Positions 21,455 through 31,974 are shown, counted from the first letter of the stretch. The stretch: DNA of 64,000 nucleotides from an uncultured Gammaproteobacteria bacterium (GCA_964553825.1 CAZKLT010000001.1:126989-190988), one strand, 5' to 3'. Made by a program: numbers and translations. The notes: generated by a model from the letters alone, not told the origin.

Positions 21455-21925
21455 TTACCTGGTGTTGGTAATCAGTTCTGCGAGGCCGCCACCGTTCCAT
21501 TTTTTTACGGCTTCTCCGTTGTCATCCACAGATACATACGTATGTTGATAGGTAACCGCATAGCGTTTTTTTAACTCGCGAGATGAGTCATAGTCGGTTC
21601 GAAACAGAACAACGTCTTCTGGAATTTTTTCCTGGCCTGCCTGAAATTCTTTGTCAGCGGGAACGCAGGTCGGACACCAGGGCGCGAAAAAGAAGTATAC
21701 CCGTTTTTTCCCTTTTGCTGATTCAAAGGCCGCTTGTGAATATGCGACATACCGGATATCTGAGGCAGGCGTAACCATGCTGGTATCAGGGTTGGTATCT
21801 GCCTCATTTTTTTTTGAGGTTTCCGCCGGTTTTGTCATCTGATTGGGAGCTTTTTGGGAAAGAAAGAAGGAAAAGCCGCCGATACCAATCATCAGTCCGA
21901 TTCCAAGTACAAGTTTTGTATTCAT
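21455..21925 (-). CDS. Membrane-anchored thioredoxin-fold protein
   Basis: N-terminal TM helix. FFFAPWCPTC redox motif (CxxC). Confidence 0.7.
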   Translation of the reverse strand: MNTKLVLGIGLMIGIGGFSFFLSQKAPNQMTKPAETSKKNEADTNPDTSMVTPASDIRYVAYSQAAFESAKGKKRVYFFFAPWCPTCVPADKEFQAGQEKIPEDVVLFRTDYDSSRELKKRYAVTYQHTYVSVDDNGEAVKKWNGGGLAELITNTR

Positions 21926-21986
21926 GTTCCTCCTAGGTATCTTTCAGAGTAGTATGTGGTTGATGAAATGTCAAGAGTACTTTACA

Positions 21987-22361
21987 TCAGGATACGAGTT
22001 TTGCATAGAGTCTCATCAGAATTTTCGCGAGTATCATGACAGCAAGGGAGATAATCAGCCAAGGATCAATATTGTGTTGCAATGCCTGAAAAATAATGCC
22101 AACGGTCAGCGTGCCGGAGCCGATGAGAAAGGATGCGCGTCCTGCAGCCATCTGATGGGCGTAATCGCGTTCGTCAGCTGGCTTTTCCTTCCAAATAAAG
22201 CTAAGAAATACAAAGTAGGCGAGAATGAAAAGTGTGAGGACAACCATTTCCGCGGTTTCTGGCATAAGCAAGCCCATCGGCCGCAAAAATACAACAAGAC
22301 ATACGATAAGGAAGAAAGAAACTATTGCCTCCGCCCATGGGGATTCTTTTATGTGTTCCAT
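21987..22361 (-). CDS. Hypothetical 4-TM membrane protein, co-transcribed with XRE regulator
   Basis: Hydrophobic 124-aa ORF that overlaps the upstream XRE gene by 13 nt. Confidence 0.4.
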   Translation of the reverse strand: MEHIKESPWAEAIVSFFLIVCLVVFLRPMGLLMPETAEMVVLTLFILAYFVFLSFIWKEKPADERDYAHQMAAGRASFLIGSGTLTVGIIFQALQHNIDPWLIISLAVMILAKILMRLYAKLVS

Positions 22362-22558
22362 ATGCTGAACATTGATTCTACGGGTTTTTTGAAGAATTTG
22401 GAAATTTTAAGAGCCAGGAGGAGCGAAGGAGTGTATGAGCCTTTTTCTATAGCTATGATTGTCTGTCGCGTAACGCCAACATGCCGGGCAAGTTCTTCCT
22501 GTGTCATGCGGTTTCTGACCCGTAATGTCTGAACTCGATTCTGAATTGTTTGTTTCAT
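22349..22558 (-). CDS. XRE-family helix-turn-helix transcriptional regulator
   Basis: [42 protein letters not shown]_3 signature. The start is taken at the internal Met MKQTIQ. Confidence 0.7.
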   Translation of the reverse strand: MKQTIQNRVQTLRVRNRMTQEELARHVGVTRQTIIAIEKGSYTPSLLLALKISKFFKKPVESMFSIWNT

Positions 22559-22583
22559 CGAAGCGATTATACCACCCAAACGG

Positions 22584-22612
22584 TTGTCGGTAATTGCGTT
22601 GTGCCGTACAAT
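22584..22612 (+). promoter_or_regulatory. Sigma70-like promoter (TTGTCG-17-TACAAT) for the cvpA-CAP gene, possibly producing a leaderless mRNA
   Basis: -35 at 22584-22589 and -10 at 22607-22612. The ATG at 22619 lies only 7 nt downstream of the -10, and no SD is present. Confidence 0.4.
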
Positions 22613-22618
22613 GGAGAT

Positions 22619-23587
22619 ATGCAGTTTAATTGGATCGATTGGTCTATAGTTGTGATTGTTCTTTATCACGCGTACCTTGGGTGGGAATCCGGATTTTTTC
22701 CGCTTTTTACGAATTTCGTATCGTTCCTTCTCGCTCTCTGGGCAGCCATCGTATGGCAGGCGCCCGTCGCGGGATTTCTTTCAGACAAATTTGGTATTCC
22801 TGGAGGGTGGAGCGCGGTACTTTCGTATCTTTTACTGGCGTTTCTTGTTCAGGAAGTTGCCAATGAGCTTCTGCAGATATTTGTTTCGAAAATTCCCAAA
22901 AAAATAAAGAATTCAAAATTGGCTGAATCCATGGGCGCCCTGGTGTCCGCGGGAAACGGGTTTATCATCGTATCTTTTTTACTTCTTATCATACTTGCAC
23001 TTCCTATCCGCGGAACGGTAAAGGAGGATATACGAAATTCCCGTATAGGGTCAGTTTTAGCAAAGTATGTTGAGCAGTATGGAGCGCCTATAGAATCAGC
23101 ACTTCAGGAGGCAGGAAGAGCAGCTCGGACATTTTTTACCATAGACCCCGGATCAAAAGAGACTTTGGCGCTTCAGGTTTCGCCCGCGTCAGCGGATTTA
23201 TATGTTGATGAGGCTGCGGAGAAGGAAATGCTGGAATTGATGAATGCCGAGCGCGCGAAATCAGGCGCGCCTGCATTGACGATGGATTCCAAAATTGTGA
23301 TTGTCGCCCGGGCATATAGCCGGGACATGTTTGAGCGGCGGTATTTTTCTCATTACTCCCCAGAGGGAAATGATGCAGCCGACCGTTTGAAAGAGGGAGG
23401 GATTCAATTTTCGGTTGCCGGAGAAAATCTTGCATACGCGCCGGATGTAAAGACGGCGCACCAGGGGCTCATGGAAAGTCCGGGTCATAAACGAAATATT
23501 CTTGATGCTCGCTTTCGGAAAGTTGGTGTAGGAATCATTGCTACAAAAGGGTTTGGCATCATGGTGACACAGAACTTCACGAATTAA
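22619..23587 (+). CDS. CvpA-family membrane protein fused to C-terminal CAP/SCP (YkwD-like) domain
   Basis: The N-terminal 160 aa has 4 TM helices like CvpA. The C-terminal [14 protein letters not shown]...[18 protein letters not shown]...GENLAY is typical of the CAP superfamily. Confidence 0.65.
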   Translation: MQFNWIDWSIVVIVLYHAYLGWESGFFPLFTNFVSFLLALWAAIVWQAPVAGFLSDKFGIPGGWSAVLSYLLLAFLVQEVANELLQIFVSKIPKKIKNSKLAESMGALVSAGNGFIIVSFLLLIILALPIRGTVKEDIRNSRIGSVLAKYVEQYGAPIESALQEAGRAARTFFTIDPGSKETLALQVSPASADLYVDEAAEKEMLELMNAERAKSGAPALTMDSKIVIVARAYSRDMFERRYFSHYSPEGNDAADRLKEGGIQFSVAGENLAYAPDVKTAHQGLMESPGHKRNILDARFRKVGVGIIATKGFGIMVTQNFTN

Positions 23588-23632
23588 TTTTTGCAAACTC
23601 GTTTCTCCTCATTTATGATGGGTAGTCGTATG

Positions 23633-25000
23633 TTTGAGCGGATGGCCATCATTGACGTGGAAACGACCGGGACCAATCCCGTCCGCGATCGGATTATTGA
23701 GATCGGCATACTTCGTATAGAGAATGGAAAACTCGTTGATTCCTTTGAGTCTCTTATAAATCCCCAGGTCCGTATTCCTCCCGAGATAACAATGCTTACA
23801 GGCATACATGCTCGTGAGCTTGAGAATGCACCGACATTTTATTCACTGAAAGATACTATCCGTGATTTTTTCAAAGACGCGGTATTTGTGGCGCACAACG
23901 CACGGTTTGATTATTCATTTATTAAATCAGAATTTGGGCGCCAAGAAGAATCATTTACGAGTCGTCAGCTCTGTACGGCAAAATTGTCACGAATGCTTTT
24001 TACCCGATACCGAAGACATAACCTCGACAGTATCATCGAGCGCTTCGGTTTCACATGTGCAAGCAGGCATCGGGCTATGGGCGATGCACAGGTGCTGTGG
24101 GATTTTCTTCAAATGATTCATACATCGGTGGCCCCGGAGAAGATTGAAAAAGCCATGAAACTGGTGACTAAAACAGCCGCACTGCCAGGGGCAATTTCCC
24201 GGGCAATGATTGATGTGCTTCCCGAGAGCCCTGGTGTTTATACGTTTTATAATGTCGAAGGCGCGCCTCTGTATATCGGGAAGAGTATTAATCTTAAAGA
24301 ACGAGTTTTATCGCATTTTTCGGACGCAACGACGAATGCGAAAGAAGCGAAGGTATTTCATAGTATCGGTTCTCTGGAAGTGGAAAAAACTGACGGTGAA
24401 TTAAGCGCGCTCCTGTTGGAGTCACACCTGATCAAGAAGCGGAAGCCTATCTACAATCGACAGCTTCGGGAAATGCAGCGACTCGTTATCGCGGTTAAAG
24501 ACCAAGATAAGAAGGGCTTCTTCATCGTTCATCTGAAAGAGGTTTCTACAATTCATCCGGATGAAATTCCCAGTATCGTTGCGGTATTCCGTTCGCTGAG
24601 GCAGGCCAAAAAACATCTTTCCGATCTTGCCGCGGAGCACGTGTTGTGCAAGAAATTATTGACACTGGAGAAAACGAGCAACACGTGTTTTGGCTATCAG
24701 CTAGGCACCTGTCACGGGGCATGTATGGGCAAGGAATTGTCTGCCCGATACAATCATCGGTTTGTCGAAGCATTCGGAAAGACGAAACTCAAGCAGTGGC
24801 CATTTGCCGGATCTGTTGCCGTGTATGAGGGGAAGACAGCGCATATTATTTCCCACTGGTGTTATATGGGTTCTGTGAGTGAAGATTCAGAATCGGTAAG
24901 CCGTGAGTATCAGTTTGACTACGATACGTATAAGATTTTATCCCGATACCTTTTGAAGAACGCCCCCAAGCTGCGTGTTCAGCCGTATAACGCTGGTTGA
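23633..25000 (+). CDS. DnaQ-like DEDDh 3'-5' exonuclease fused to UvrC N-terminal half (GIY-YIG nuclease + Cys-rich region); Cho-like repair nuclease
   Basis: AIIDVETTG and HNARFDYSF (Exo I/II), and H..GDA (Exo III). GIY-YIG: GVYTFYNVEGAPLYIGKSINLKERV. UvrC-like CFGYQLGTCHGAC motif. Confidence 0.8.
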   Translation, partial: FERMAIIDVETTGTNPVRDRIIEIGILRIENGKLVDSFESLINPQVRIPPEITMLTGIHARELENAPTFYSLKDTIRDFFKDAVFVAHNARFDYSFIKSEFGRQEESFTSRQLCTAKLSRMLFTRYRRHNLDSIIERFGFTCASRHRAMGDAQVLWDFLQMIHTSVAPEKIEKAMKLVTKTAALPGAISRAMIDVLPESPGVYTFYNVEGAPLYIGKSINLKERVLSHFSDATTNAKEAKVFHSIGSLEVEKTDGELSALLLESHLIKKRKPIYNRQLREMQRLVIAVKDQDKKGFFIVHLKEVSTIHPDEIPSIVAVFRSLRQAKKHLSDLAAEHVLCKKLLTLEKTSNTCFGYQLGTCHGACMGKELSARYNHRFVEAFGKTKLKQWPFAGSVAVYEGKTAHIISHWCYMGSVSEDSESVSREYQFDYDTYKILSRYLLKNAPKLRVQPYNAG

Positions 25001-25054
25001 AACTTTTTTGAATGTTTCCGATAGGCTTATTCGTAACAATGCTATAATTTTCGC

Positions 25055-25309
25055 ATGAATCCGCTCTTGGTTATTCCGGGTGTCGGCAAAAGTATAGCTC
25101 GGGATCTTATTGACATAGGTGTATATACGGTTTCCGAATTGAGGGATGAGGATCCAGAAGCGTTGTACCGGAGAATTTGTGACAAAGAAGGAGCTACCGT
25201 GGATCGATGTATGCTCTATGTGATGCGAAGTGCAGTGTATTACGTCTCGACCAGGAATCCCAAGGAACAATTATTGAAATGGTGGAATTGGAAAGATAAA
25301 ACAATATGA
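25055..25309 (+). CDS. Small helix-hairpin-helix protein (Cdd1/pathogenicity-locus family)
   Basis: LLVIPGVGKSIARDLIDIGVYTVSELRDEDPEALY HhH, then CMLYVMRSAVYY and LLKWWNWKD conserved segments. Confidence 0.5.
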   Translation: MNPLLVIPGVGKSIARDLIDIGVYTVSELRDEDPEALYRRICDKEGATVDRCMLYVMRSAVYYVSTRNPKEQLLKWWNWKDKTI

Positions 25310-25962
25310 AACTCCTTCTGACGTCCGCAGGGCTGACAAATACGTCAATAACGAAGGCATTTTTGCAGCTCTTGAGGAAGCCTCCAGCCAAAAGTCGCGC
25401 AGTGTTTGTCCCAACCGCAGCGAATCCAGAAAAAGGTGACAGGGAATGGGTGGAACAGGAGATGAATACGTTAAGAAACCTTAATTTTTGTTCTTTTGAT
25501 AGTATTGATATAGCTCACGTGCCCAGTCAGGTATGGCGGCCACTATTTGACCAGGCGGATGTTATTGGTATTGGAGGCGGGAATGCTCGATATCTTCTGG
25601 CATGGCTTCGTATATCGGGATTGGCAGATATGATGCGAGAATATCTCAAAACCCGAGTTTATATGGGCATAAGCGCGGGTAGTATGGTTATGGCGAAAAC
25701 TGTGTCTTTTTCAAGTTTGGGAATCCTGTACTATGAGCGTACGGAAAAATTCATAGACGATAAAGGACTAGGCTTCGTTGATTTTGAAATTCGGCCGCAT
25801 TTCAATTCACCAGGTTTTCCGAAAGTCCGGCTGGACTATTTGAAAAAGTTAGCAAAGAAAAACCCGAAATCGTTTTATGCCATTGATGATAACTCGGCAG
25901 TGATGGTGGAGGGAAAGAAGGTCTCCGTTATTTCAGAAGGGCGATGGGAAGTCTTTAATTAA
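25306..25962 (+). CDS. Peptidase S51 (dipeptidase E-like) / class I glutamine amidotransferase-like
   Basis: MKLLLTSAG N-terminus and GISAGS nucleophile elbow. It overlaps the upstream gene by 4 nt. Confidence 0.7.
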   Translation: MKLLLTSAGLTNTSITKAFLQLLRKPPAKSRAVFVPTAANPEKGDREWVEQEMNTLRNLNFCSFDSIDIAHVPSQVWRPLFDQADVIGIGGGNARYLLAWLRISGLADMMREYLKTRVYMGISAGSMVMAKTVSFSSLGILYYERTEKFIDDKGLGFVDFEIRPHFNSPGFPKVRLDYLKKLAKKNPKSFYAIDDNSAVMVEGKKVSVISEGRWEVFN

Positions 25963-26017
25963 ATGTTGTTTTACAGGGCAAATTGATTCAGGATTCGCTT
26001 TTGCTTATAATATTCAT

Positions 26018-26039
26018 GGCGCACGGTAGTGCGCTTTTT
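26018..26039 (+). terminator. Intrinsic terminator-like hairpin (GGCGCAC-ggta-GTGCGC + TTTTTCT)
   Basis: GC-rich 7-bp stem followed by a U-tract, directly after the S51 peptidase stop. Confidence 0.45.
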
Positions 26040-26041
26040 CT

Positions 26042-26983
26042 ATGACTGATCTACAAGAATACGAAATGCAGCGAACCAAGGAACGCATTATATCAATAGC
26101 GCAGAATGCGTATCAGCAGGTGTGGTTGCGCTTCCCCGAAGACTTGCGGCCCGAAGAGGCGATGATTCCCAACAAAAAAAATACTTTTATCGCACCAATT
26201 CCCGTTGAGCAAGGGCCAGATCTTCATCCTCTTATGAAAGAGGAGATACGTCTACAAAATGAGAAAGTGCAAGCTGGGTTAAGTGAAATAACCAGTCTGC
26301 AGAAGATAGCGTGGTTTCATAGCACGAAATATACGTTTACCCCAACACTCCTTATGTTTCCTGATGCATACCTTAAAAGAGTTGTCTACCATGAGGTTGG
26401 CGCTATGATGAATGTTACGCATCCGCCAATTTTGCCGGAAACTTACGATCAACATACCAGGAGACATGTGAAAGCCGCGCTTGATGGTGTACTTGTCGAA
26501 GGTCACAGTGTCCGGATGGAGGATACAAAAATAGAGCGTCGTGCATTCCGTCGAGTGTTATTTGCTGGCGATTATGTCATTACCGATATGAGGGTAACTC
26601 CCTATATGCTTTCAGCGGGTGAGATGTATGAACTGGCATTTGAATTCGTCTCAGGTGAAATAATGAAGCGGGGAGGCAATATGCGTTTGTTTGATCAACT
26701 GGTGATGAGGGGAGAATTGCGCCCTGACGAAAGTACAGACAATGTTGCTTTTTTTAACACATTTTTTTCTATAGCACGTTATGTTGATTGGCGCATTATG
26801 CTTCGTGGATTTTTGACAGGCGACCCTGATGAGGTCATATCCACGTTTGAACCTTATTTACGGGATAGAACAGGTGCTGCCCTTAACCAACTATTAGGCG
26901 CTGTTGATGAAGAGGAAAATGCATTAGGCTTGACGGATAGGCTTTCAGGATTTATCGATGACGCTTCAACAGTCAAATATTAA
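26042..26983 (+). CDS. Hypothetical protein
   Basis: 313-aa ORF with no recognisable motif. Confidence 0.45.
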   Translation: MTDLQEYEMQRTKERIISIAQNAYQQVWLRFPEDLRPEEAMIPNKKNTFIAPIPVEQGPDLHPLMKEEIRLQNEKVQAGLSEITSLQKIAWFHSTKYTFTPTLLMFPDAYLKRVVYHEVGAMMNVTHPPILPETYDQHTRRHVKAALDGVLVEGHSVRMEDTKIERRAFRRVLFAGDYVITDMRVTPYMLSAGEMYELAFEFVSGEIMKRGGNMRLFDQLVMRGELRPDESTDNVAFFNTFFSIARYVDWRIMLRGFLTGDPDEVISTFEPYLRDRTGAALNQLLGAVDEEENALGLTDRLSGFIDDASTVKY

Positions 26984-26985
26984 TC

Positions 26986-27843
26986 CTACTTACCTTGCAA
27001 ACTCACCAATCCAAGAAGAGCGATAGCAAGTCCAATGAGTTGCTGTTTATTGAGTTTTTCTTTAAACACTATCCAGGAGAACAATACAATAACCGCAGCC
27101 TGAAGTGATGTGATTATCGTTACGGTCGATACTTCATAATGCGCGATCGTATAGTTGTAGAGCGAAAATGCGCCGATATCGAGCGCAGCCGCTATACCAA
27201 TGCTCTTCCATGGTGTTTGGGTTTTCAACAGCGAGAAATCATATTTTTTGTAGATCAGGATGAAAAACGTTGTTATGGTTATAGCGACCCGGATAGTTAC
27301 CACGGTGAGGAACCAGCCGATAGACCGTGAAAAAATCGCAAGAAAATAAAGATAAATCCCTGTTCCGATGGAGGAAACAAATGAATGGGGTACTCCTGTC
27401 AGAAGCGTAAAAATTTTTTCCTTTTTCTTCGGTAAATTAAGTCCTAAAAGGATAACGCCGATAATAATGAGAGACATGCTTATGAATTTTGAAAGTTCGA
27501 ATGACTCGCCAAGGAACGCAACGCCAAGGAGCGTCGTAAAAACCATATAAAGCTGTCCTATGGGACCAACGACAGCAAGGGTGCCGATTTTCGTCGCGTG
27601 GAGAAACAAGAGATAATTGAAACTGAAAGCTATTCCCAGGATGATGAGGGGAATGAGATTAACGTGCGCAGGTGCTGGAGGAGCGATTGGAAGAAGTAGT
27701 GCAAACAGGGGCACTCCCAATCCCTGGAAGAGAAAAAGTGTCGGAACGGGGCCGATTTTCCTGGAAGTTTTGGTGACCAGCACGGCAACAAGACCGAAGC
27801 CGATTGTTGCCACAAGGGAAAAAAGCAGTGCCGATAAATCCAT
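26986..27843 (-). CDS. EamA/DMT-family transporter (10 TM)
   Basis: Two repeated EamA-like halves. The start is moved to the internal ATG (27843) because the longer ORF would overlap the fusA promoter and start. Confidence 0.65.
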   Translation of the reverse strand: MDLSALLFSLVATIGFGLVAVLVTKTSRKIGPVPTLFLFQGLGVPLFALLLPIAPPAPAHVNLIPLIILGIAFSFNYLLFLHATKIGTLAVVGPIGQLYMVFTTLLGVAFLGESFELSKFISMSLIIIGVILLGLNLPKKKEKIFTLLTGVPHSFVSSIGTGIYLYFLAIFSRSIGWFLTVVTIRVAITITTFFILIYKKYDFSLLKTQTPWKSIGIAAALDIGAFSLYNYTIAHYEVSTVTIITSLQAAVIVLFSWIVFKEKLNKQQLIGLAIALLGLVSLQGK

Positions 27844-27869
27844 GACCTCGAGTATAGCACTCAGTGCGC

Positions 27870-27898
27870 TAGACAGAGAAATGGATTTCCCGTATAAT
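27870..27898 (+). promoter_or_regulatory. Sigma70-like promoter for fusA (TAGACA-17-TATAAT)
   Basis: -35 at 27870-27875 and -10 at 27893-27898. This gives fusA its own promoter after the 12-kb insertion. Confidence 0.45.
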
Positions 27899-27952
27899 GA
27901 TGGAGATAAACATGGCTGCGCGCCTTGTGCGTAGCTTTTTTTATTTCTTATT

Positions 27953-30073
27953 ATGGCCAATCCGCAAACAACAGTTACCGAAAATCGAGACGTCCCCTTG
28001 GACAAAGTCCGTAACATTGGCGTTATTGCTCACATTGACGCCGGAAAAACGACAACCACAGAGCGTATTCTTTTTTACACGGGTCGCAGCTATAAAATTG
28101 GTGACATCGATGAAGGCACAACGCAGATGGACTGGATGGAGCAGGAACGTGAGCGCGGTATCACGATCGTTTCTGCAGCTACGACGACGTTCTGGAAAGG
28201 GTATCGTTTCAACATTATCGATACTCCCGGACACGTAGACTTTACCGCCGAAGTTGAGCGGTCGCTGCGCGTTCTTGACGGAGGTATTACCGTTCTTGAC
28301 GCGGAGGAAGGCGTTCAGTCACAGTCTGAGACGGTTTGGCATCAGGCGGATAAATATCGTGTTCCCCGACTGTGCTTCATTAACAAAATGGATAAATTGG
28401 GAGCGGATTTCCGCGCGACTATCAAATCCATTGTGGACCGCCTCGGAGCTAATCCTGCCATTATGGTTGTTCCCATTGGCCGCGAAAATACCTTTAAGGG
28501 CATTGTTGATCTTTTGACACGCAAAGCCCTTATTTGGGGCGGCGATGAACTGGGAGCGCATTTTGAAGAAGCGGAAGTCCCAGAAGACCTGAAGGAAGAG
28601 GTAGAGCAGAGTCGTCACGAACTGATCGAGAAAATTGCTGAAACTGACGATGCGCTGCTTGAGAAATACCTGGGTGGCACTGAACCTACCATTGAAGAGC
28701 TCAAAGCTGCACTTCGGAAAGCAGTTATCGCCTATAAACTCGTCCCCATCTACGCAGGCACCAGTCTTCGCAACAAAGGGGTTCAACCCGTTTTGGATGC
28801 CGTCGTCGATTATCTTCCCAGCCCGCTGGATCTTCCTCCGGTTGAGGGAATTCATCCGCGGACAGGGGAAAAAGTTGCCTATTCTCGCGGAAAAAACGAG
28901 CCGTTTGCCGGTATCGCATTTAAAGTCCAGATTGATCCTCATGTCGGAAAATTGACCTATGTTCGTATCTATTCCGGAAAACTGGAGTCCGGTTCCTATG
29001 CATATAACTCTTCAAAGGGTGTGAAAGAACGCGTCGGGCGTTTGCTTCTTATGCATGCCAACCAGCGCGAGGAAATCCGTGAGGCATATGCAGGTGAGAT
29101 CGTAGCGGTTGTCGGATTTAAGGACACGATTACCGGGGATACGATTTGTGATGAAGCAAACCCGATCGTGCTAGAGAAGATTACGTTCCCGGATCCGGTT
29201 ATCTCCCTTGCCATCGAGCCACAGACGAAAAATGATCAGGAGAAAATGGGTTACGCACTTCAGCGGCTTTCCGAGGAAGACCCTACATTCAAGATTAAGA
29301 GCAATCAGGAAACAAACCAGACGATCATTTGGGGTATGGGTGAGCTTCATCTGGAGATTCTCGTCGACCGCATGAAACGGGAGTTTAAAGTCGAGGCTAA
29401 TGTTGGTGCTCCTCAGGTTGCCTATAAGGAAACGATCAAAGTCATGGCTGAAGGAGAAGGAAAGTACATCAAGCAATCCGGTGGGCGCGGACAGTACGGG
29501 CATTGTTTCATCAAGATTGAGCCCAAGGGTCGAGGCGAAGGATTTGAATTTGTTGACGCTATCAAGGGTGGCGCCATTCCCCGCGAATTTATCGCGCCGA
29601 TCCAAAAGGGCATCGTCGAGGCTATGGAAAACGGGGTGATCGCAGGCTACCCGGTGGTGGATATGAAAGCTACCCTGTATGACGGAACCTATCATGATGT
29701 CGATAGCTCGGAAGTTGCATTTAAGATCGCCGGATCCATGGCATTCCAAAATGCAGCCAAGCAGGCACAGCCGACGCTCCTTGAGCCGATCATGAAAGTC
29801 GAAGTGACGACACCTGACGAATACATGGGAGATATCATCGGAGATCTCGGTGCCAAACGCTCGCAGATCCAGGGCACCAGCAAGCGTGGACACGTGTCTG
29901 TTATTCTGGCATTGGTTCCGCTTTCCGAGCTTTCCGGATACGCAACGGCGCTTCGTAGCATGTCCAAGGGTCGTGCGACCTATTATATGGAGCCATCCCA
30001 CTACGAAGAGGTGCCGCGTAATATCCAGGAAAAGATTATTGCCAAAGAAGGTAGAGTACCGGTTGCCGGCTAA
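27953..30073 (+). CDS. fusA: Elongation factor G
   Basis: [21 protein letters not shown]1 motif, [13 protein letters not shown], and full domains II-V. Confidence 0.97.
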   Translation: MANPQTTVTENRDVPLDKVRNIGVIAHIDAGKTTTTERILFYTGRSYKIGDIDEGTTQMDWMEQERERGITIVSAATTTFWKGYRFNIIDTPGHVDFTAEVERSLRVLDGGITVLDAEEGVQSQSETVWHQADKYRVPRLCFINKMDKLGADFRATIKSIVDRLGANPAIMVVPIGRENTFKGIVDLLTRKALIWGGDELGAHFEEAEVPEDLKEEVEQSRHELIEKIAETDDALLEKYLGGTEPTIEELKAALRKAVIAYKLVPIYAGTSLRNKGVQPVLDAVVDYLPSPLDLPPVEGIHPRTGEKVAYSRGKNEPFAGIAFKVQIDPHVGKLTYVRIYSGKLESGSYAYNSSKGVKERVGRLLLMHANQREEIREAYAGEIVAVVGFKDTITGDTICDEANPIVLEKITFPDPVISLAIEPQTKNDQEKMGYALQRLSEEDPTFKIKSNQETNQTIIWGMGELHLEILVDRMKREFKVEANVGAPQVAYKETIKVMAEGEGKYIKQSGGRGQYGHCFIKIEPKGRGEGFEFVDAIKGGAIPREFIAPIQKGIVEAMENGVIAGYPVVDMKATLYDGTYHDVDSSEVAFKIAGSMAFQNAAKQAQPTLLEPIMKVEVTTPDEYMGDIIGDLGAKRSQIQGTSKRGHVSVILALVPLSELSGYATALRSMSKGRATYYMEPSHYEEVPRNIQEKIIAKEGRVPVAG

Positions 30074-31911
30074 TGCTTTGGAAGAATCGGCGTGCTTATT
30101 GTGGCAAGCTTGTCAAGAATTTCCCCAAGTATCGGATTATCGCTGGTGAGAGGCGCATCCTGATGAGAAAATGAGAGTTCCAGAAATCCGTCTTCATTAG
30201 GCCACTGCGTGATTTCGATCCCCTGGACTTGTACCGCGACTCTTCGGAATAAACGAACAAAGGCGTTCGTTTGGGTATATTGCAAATTATCAACATGATC
30301 CAGATGATATCGGTATTTAAAAAGGTGGTCCATCCAGCGAACAGGAAGGTAGGTTGGTACACGCACTTTATGAATACCAGCATGCCGCATGAGTTCAAGT
30401 GTCGCGGCAAGGCTTACAACTGCAGGTCGCAGTACGTCGTGGATATTTTCCTCCGGATAGTCAGGAATTGAAATTTCGGGTTTAGTTTTTCTCCTCTCGA
30501 CCGCATTCTTATAGGCATCATATTCCGGATCGGGCGGTATCGATTTATCAAGTTGAAACAGTTTTCTCATAAACTGGCTTCTTCGTTTTGGAATGGTTCT
30601 CATGTCCGCAAGTTCAGCGATTGTGGCTGCTCGATGTTTGAGAGAATCAAGCTCAGCGTCCATGAGAAACAGTATGGATCCGTGGTCTTCTTCTGCACCC
30701 GGACGATGGAAACCGCGGGAATTATGTACCCAATGTCGGTAAAACTTATACGACCCGTTGTACAAGTCGGGAAACGTGGTATTCAAGTGTGCAAATAAAA
30801 GGGTAGTAAACTCTGCAGGATCTTCCGTTTCCATGATGTGTTTGGGCACATTTCCGAATATCGCACGAAAATCTTCCGGGTGTTCTTTTGCTATTTTCTG
30901 AAAATATCGCCGGGTAAGATCTGCGTATTCCCGGGCTTTTTCTTCTCGGTATTTAATCAGATCAGTATCTAACGGTTTTTCGCCCATTTGTACCGCATAG
31001 ATGTATGCCGTATTGCCATCTATGCCATAGCGCACAGCTGGCATGAGACCTGCCTCACGAAGCGTGGGGTTTGCATCCGGCACGAGCGTTGCTTGAATTT
31101 CAAACGGCGCTTCCATTTTACTCTCCGCAAGCGAATTGACGATGCGAAGTTCTCCACCGAGCTGTTGAGACGGAATCGTAATAGGGTTTTTGTCCGTAAT
31201 CTGCTCGAAGGGACGATCCGTAATGTGATGGATGCTTCGGTCAATAAATTCTATAGGGTGGGAAAAGTCGTACTCGGTTGCGTTGTACCAGATAAGTGCA
31301 GGCGGAACATTGAACTTTTCATTCCAATTGCGGTCTCGTACCCATGCATCTATATGTTCCAGATTCATCATAGCTGCTTTGTGATACTCATGTAGCTTGA
31401 GAATAAATTGAGGCAAGTCATCTATGATCAGTTCGATCGGCTCACTGAGATGAGCATCGGTTTGTTTGTTGCGTTTCAGCTGATCTTCTTCCCATTTCAT
31501 GGGCCGCACTGGAAGTACGTAGTCGCGAATAATCGTAGTTTGTAGGTGTCGTTCCGGATGGCGAAATCGGATGGCAAATACTGAAGGATTTTCGGGGTTC
31601 TGATACATTGGCATCACTTCTTGCATGGTTTCAAGTACCGTAGGGTCAAGCCGGTGTTCACGCGATAGGTCCTGCCATGCGCGAGAGACAAGCCGATGAT
31701 ATCCCCGTTCATCGATTTCGACAGGGGGGAACGCGCTTGCAGCCGCTTCGGCAAGCGAATGATATGTCGGGGCTGACTCCAGGATGACGTCGTCGGGCAT
31801 CGCATTATTATCGTACTTAAATATGTGATGCGGCACAACCGCGCCTGACTCTTGCGTTCGTCTGAGCGTGATGGTAAAATGCCAATACCGAATCATCTCA
31901 CAACTCATCAT
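30070..31911 (-). CDS. Large hypothetical protein (orphan) antisense between fusA and tuf
   Basis: 613-aa ORF (likely start at an internal Met near 31800). No recognisable catalytic motif. It overlaps the fusA stop by 4 nt. Confidence 0.5.
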   Translation of the reverse strand: MMSCEMIRYWHFTITLRRTQESGAVVPHHIFKYDNNAMPDDVILESAPTYHSLAEAAASAFPPVEIDERGYHRLVSRAWQDLSREHRLDPTVLETMQEVMPMYQNPENPSVFAIRFRHPERHLQTTIIRDYVLPVRPMKWEEDQLKRNKQTDAHLSEPIELIIDDLPQFILKLHEYHKAAMMNLEHIDAWVRDRNWNEKFNVPPALIWYNATEYDFSHPIEFIDRSIHHITDRPFEQITDKNPITIPSQQLGGELRIVNSLAESKMEAPFEIQATLVPDANPTLREAGLMPAVRYGIDGNTAYIYAVQMGEKPLDTDLIKYREEKAREYADLTRRYFQKIAKEHPEDFRAIFGNVPKHIMETEDPAEFTTLLFAHLNTTFPDLYNGSYKFYRHWVHNSRGFHRPGAEEDHGSILFLMDAELDSLKHRAATIAELADMRTIPKRRSQFMRKLFQLDKSIPPDPEYDAYKNAVERRKTKPEISIPDYPEENIHDVLRPAVVSLAATLELMRHAGIHKVRVPTYLPVRWMDHLFKYRYHLDHVDNLQYTQTNAFVRLFRRVAVQVQGIEITQWPNEDGFLELSFSHQDAPLTSDNPILGEILDKLATISTPILPKH

Positions 31912-31974
31912 ATGCTGATGATGGGCTTATGAGGTGATTTGTCTGTATTGGTTTTTTATTTTTAAGGAGGCAGC

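Noticed and set aside
15801-27952. Possibility that the rpsG-fusA insertion is an integrated mobile element or prophage
   Set aside because: No integrase, transposase, recombinase, phage structural genes or tRNA attachment site were seen. Gene content is housekeeping-like or accessory metabolic. It is retained only as a finding about operon disruption.
28319-30001. Antisense ORFs 28319-28942 (207 aa) and 29171-30001 (276 aa) inside fusA
   Set aside because: They are embedded antisense in a conserved GTPase gene and are low-complexity, Cys/Arg-rich translations typical of frame artefacts.
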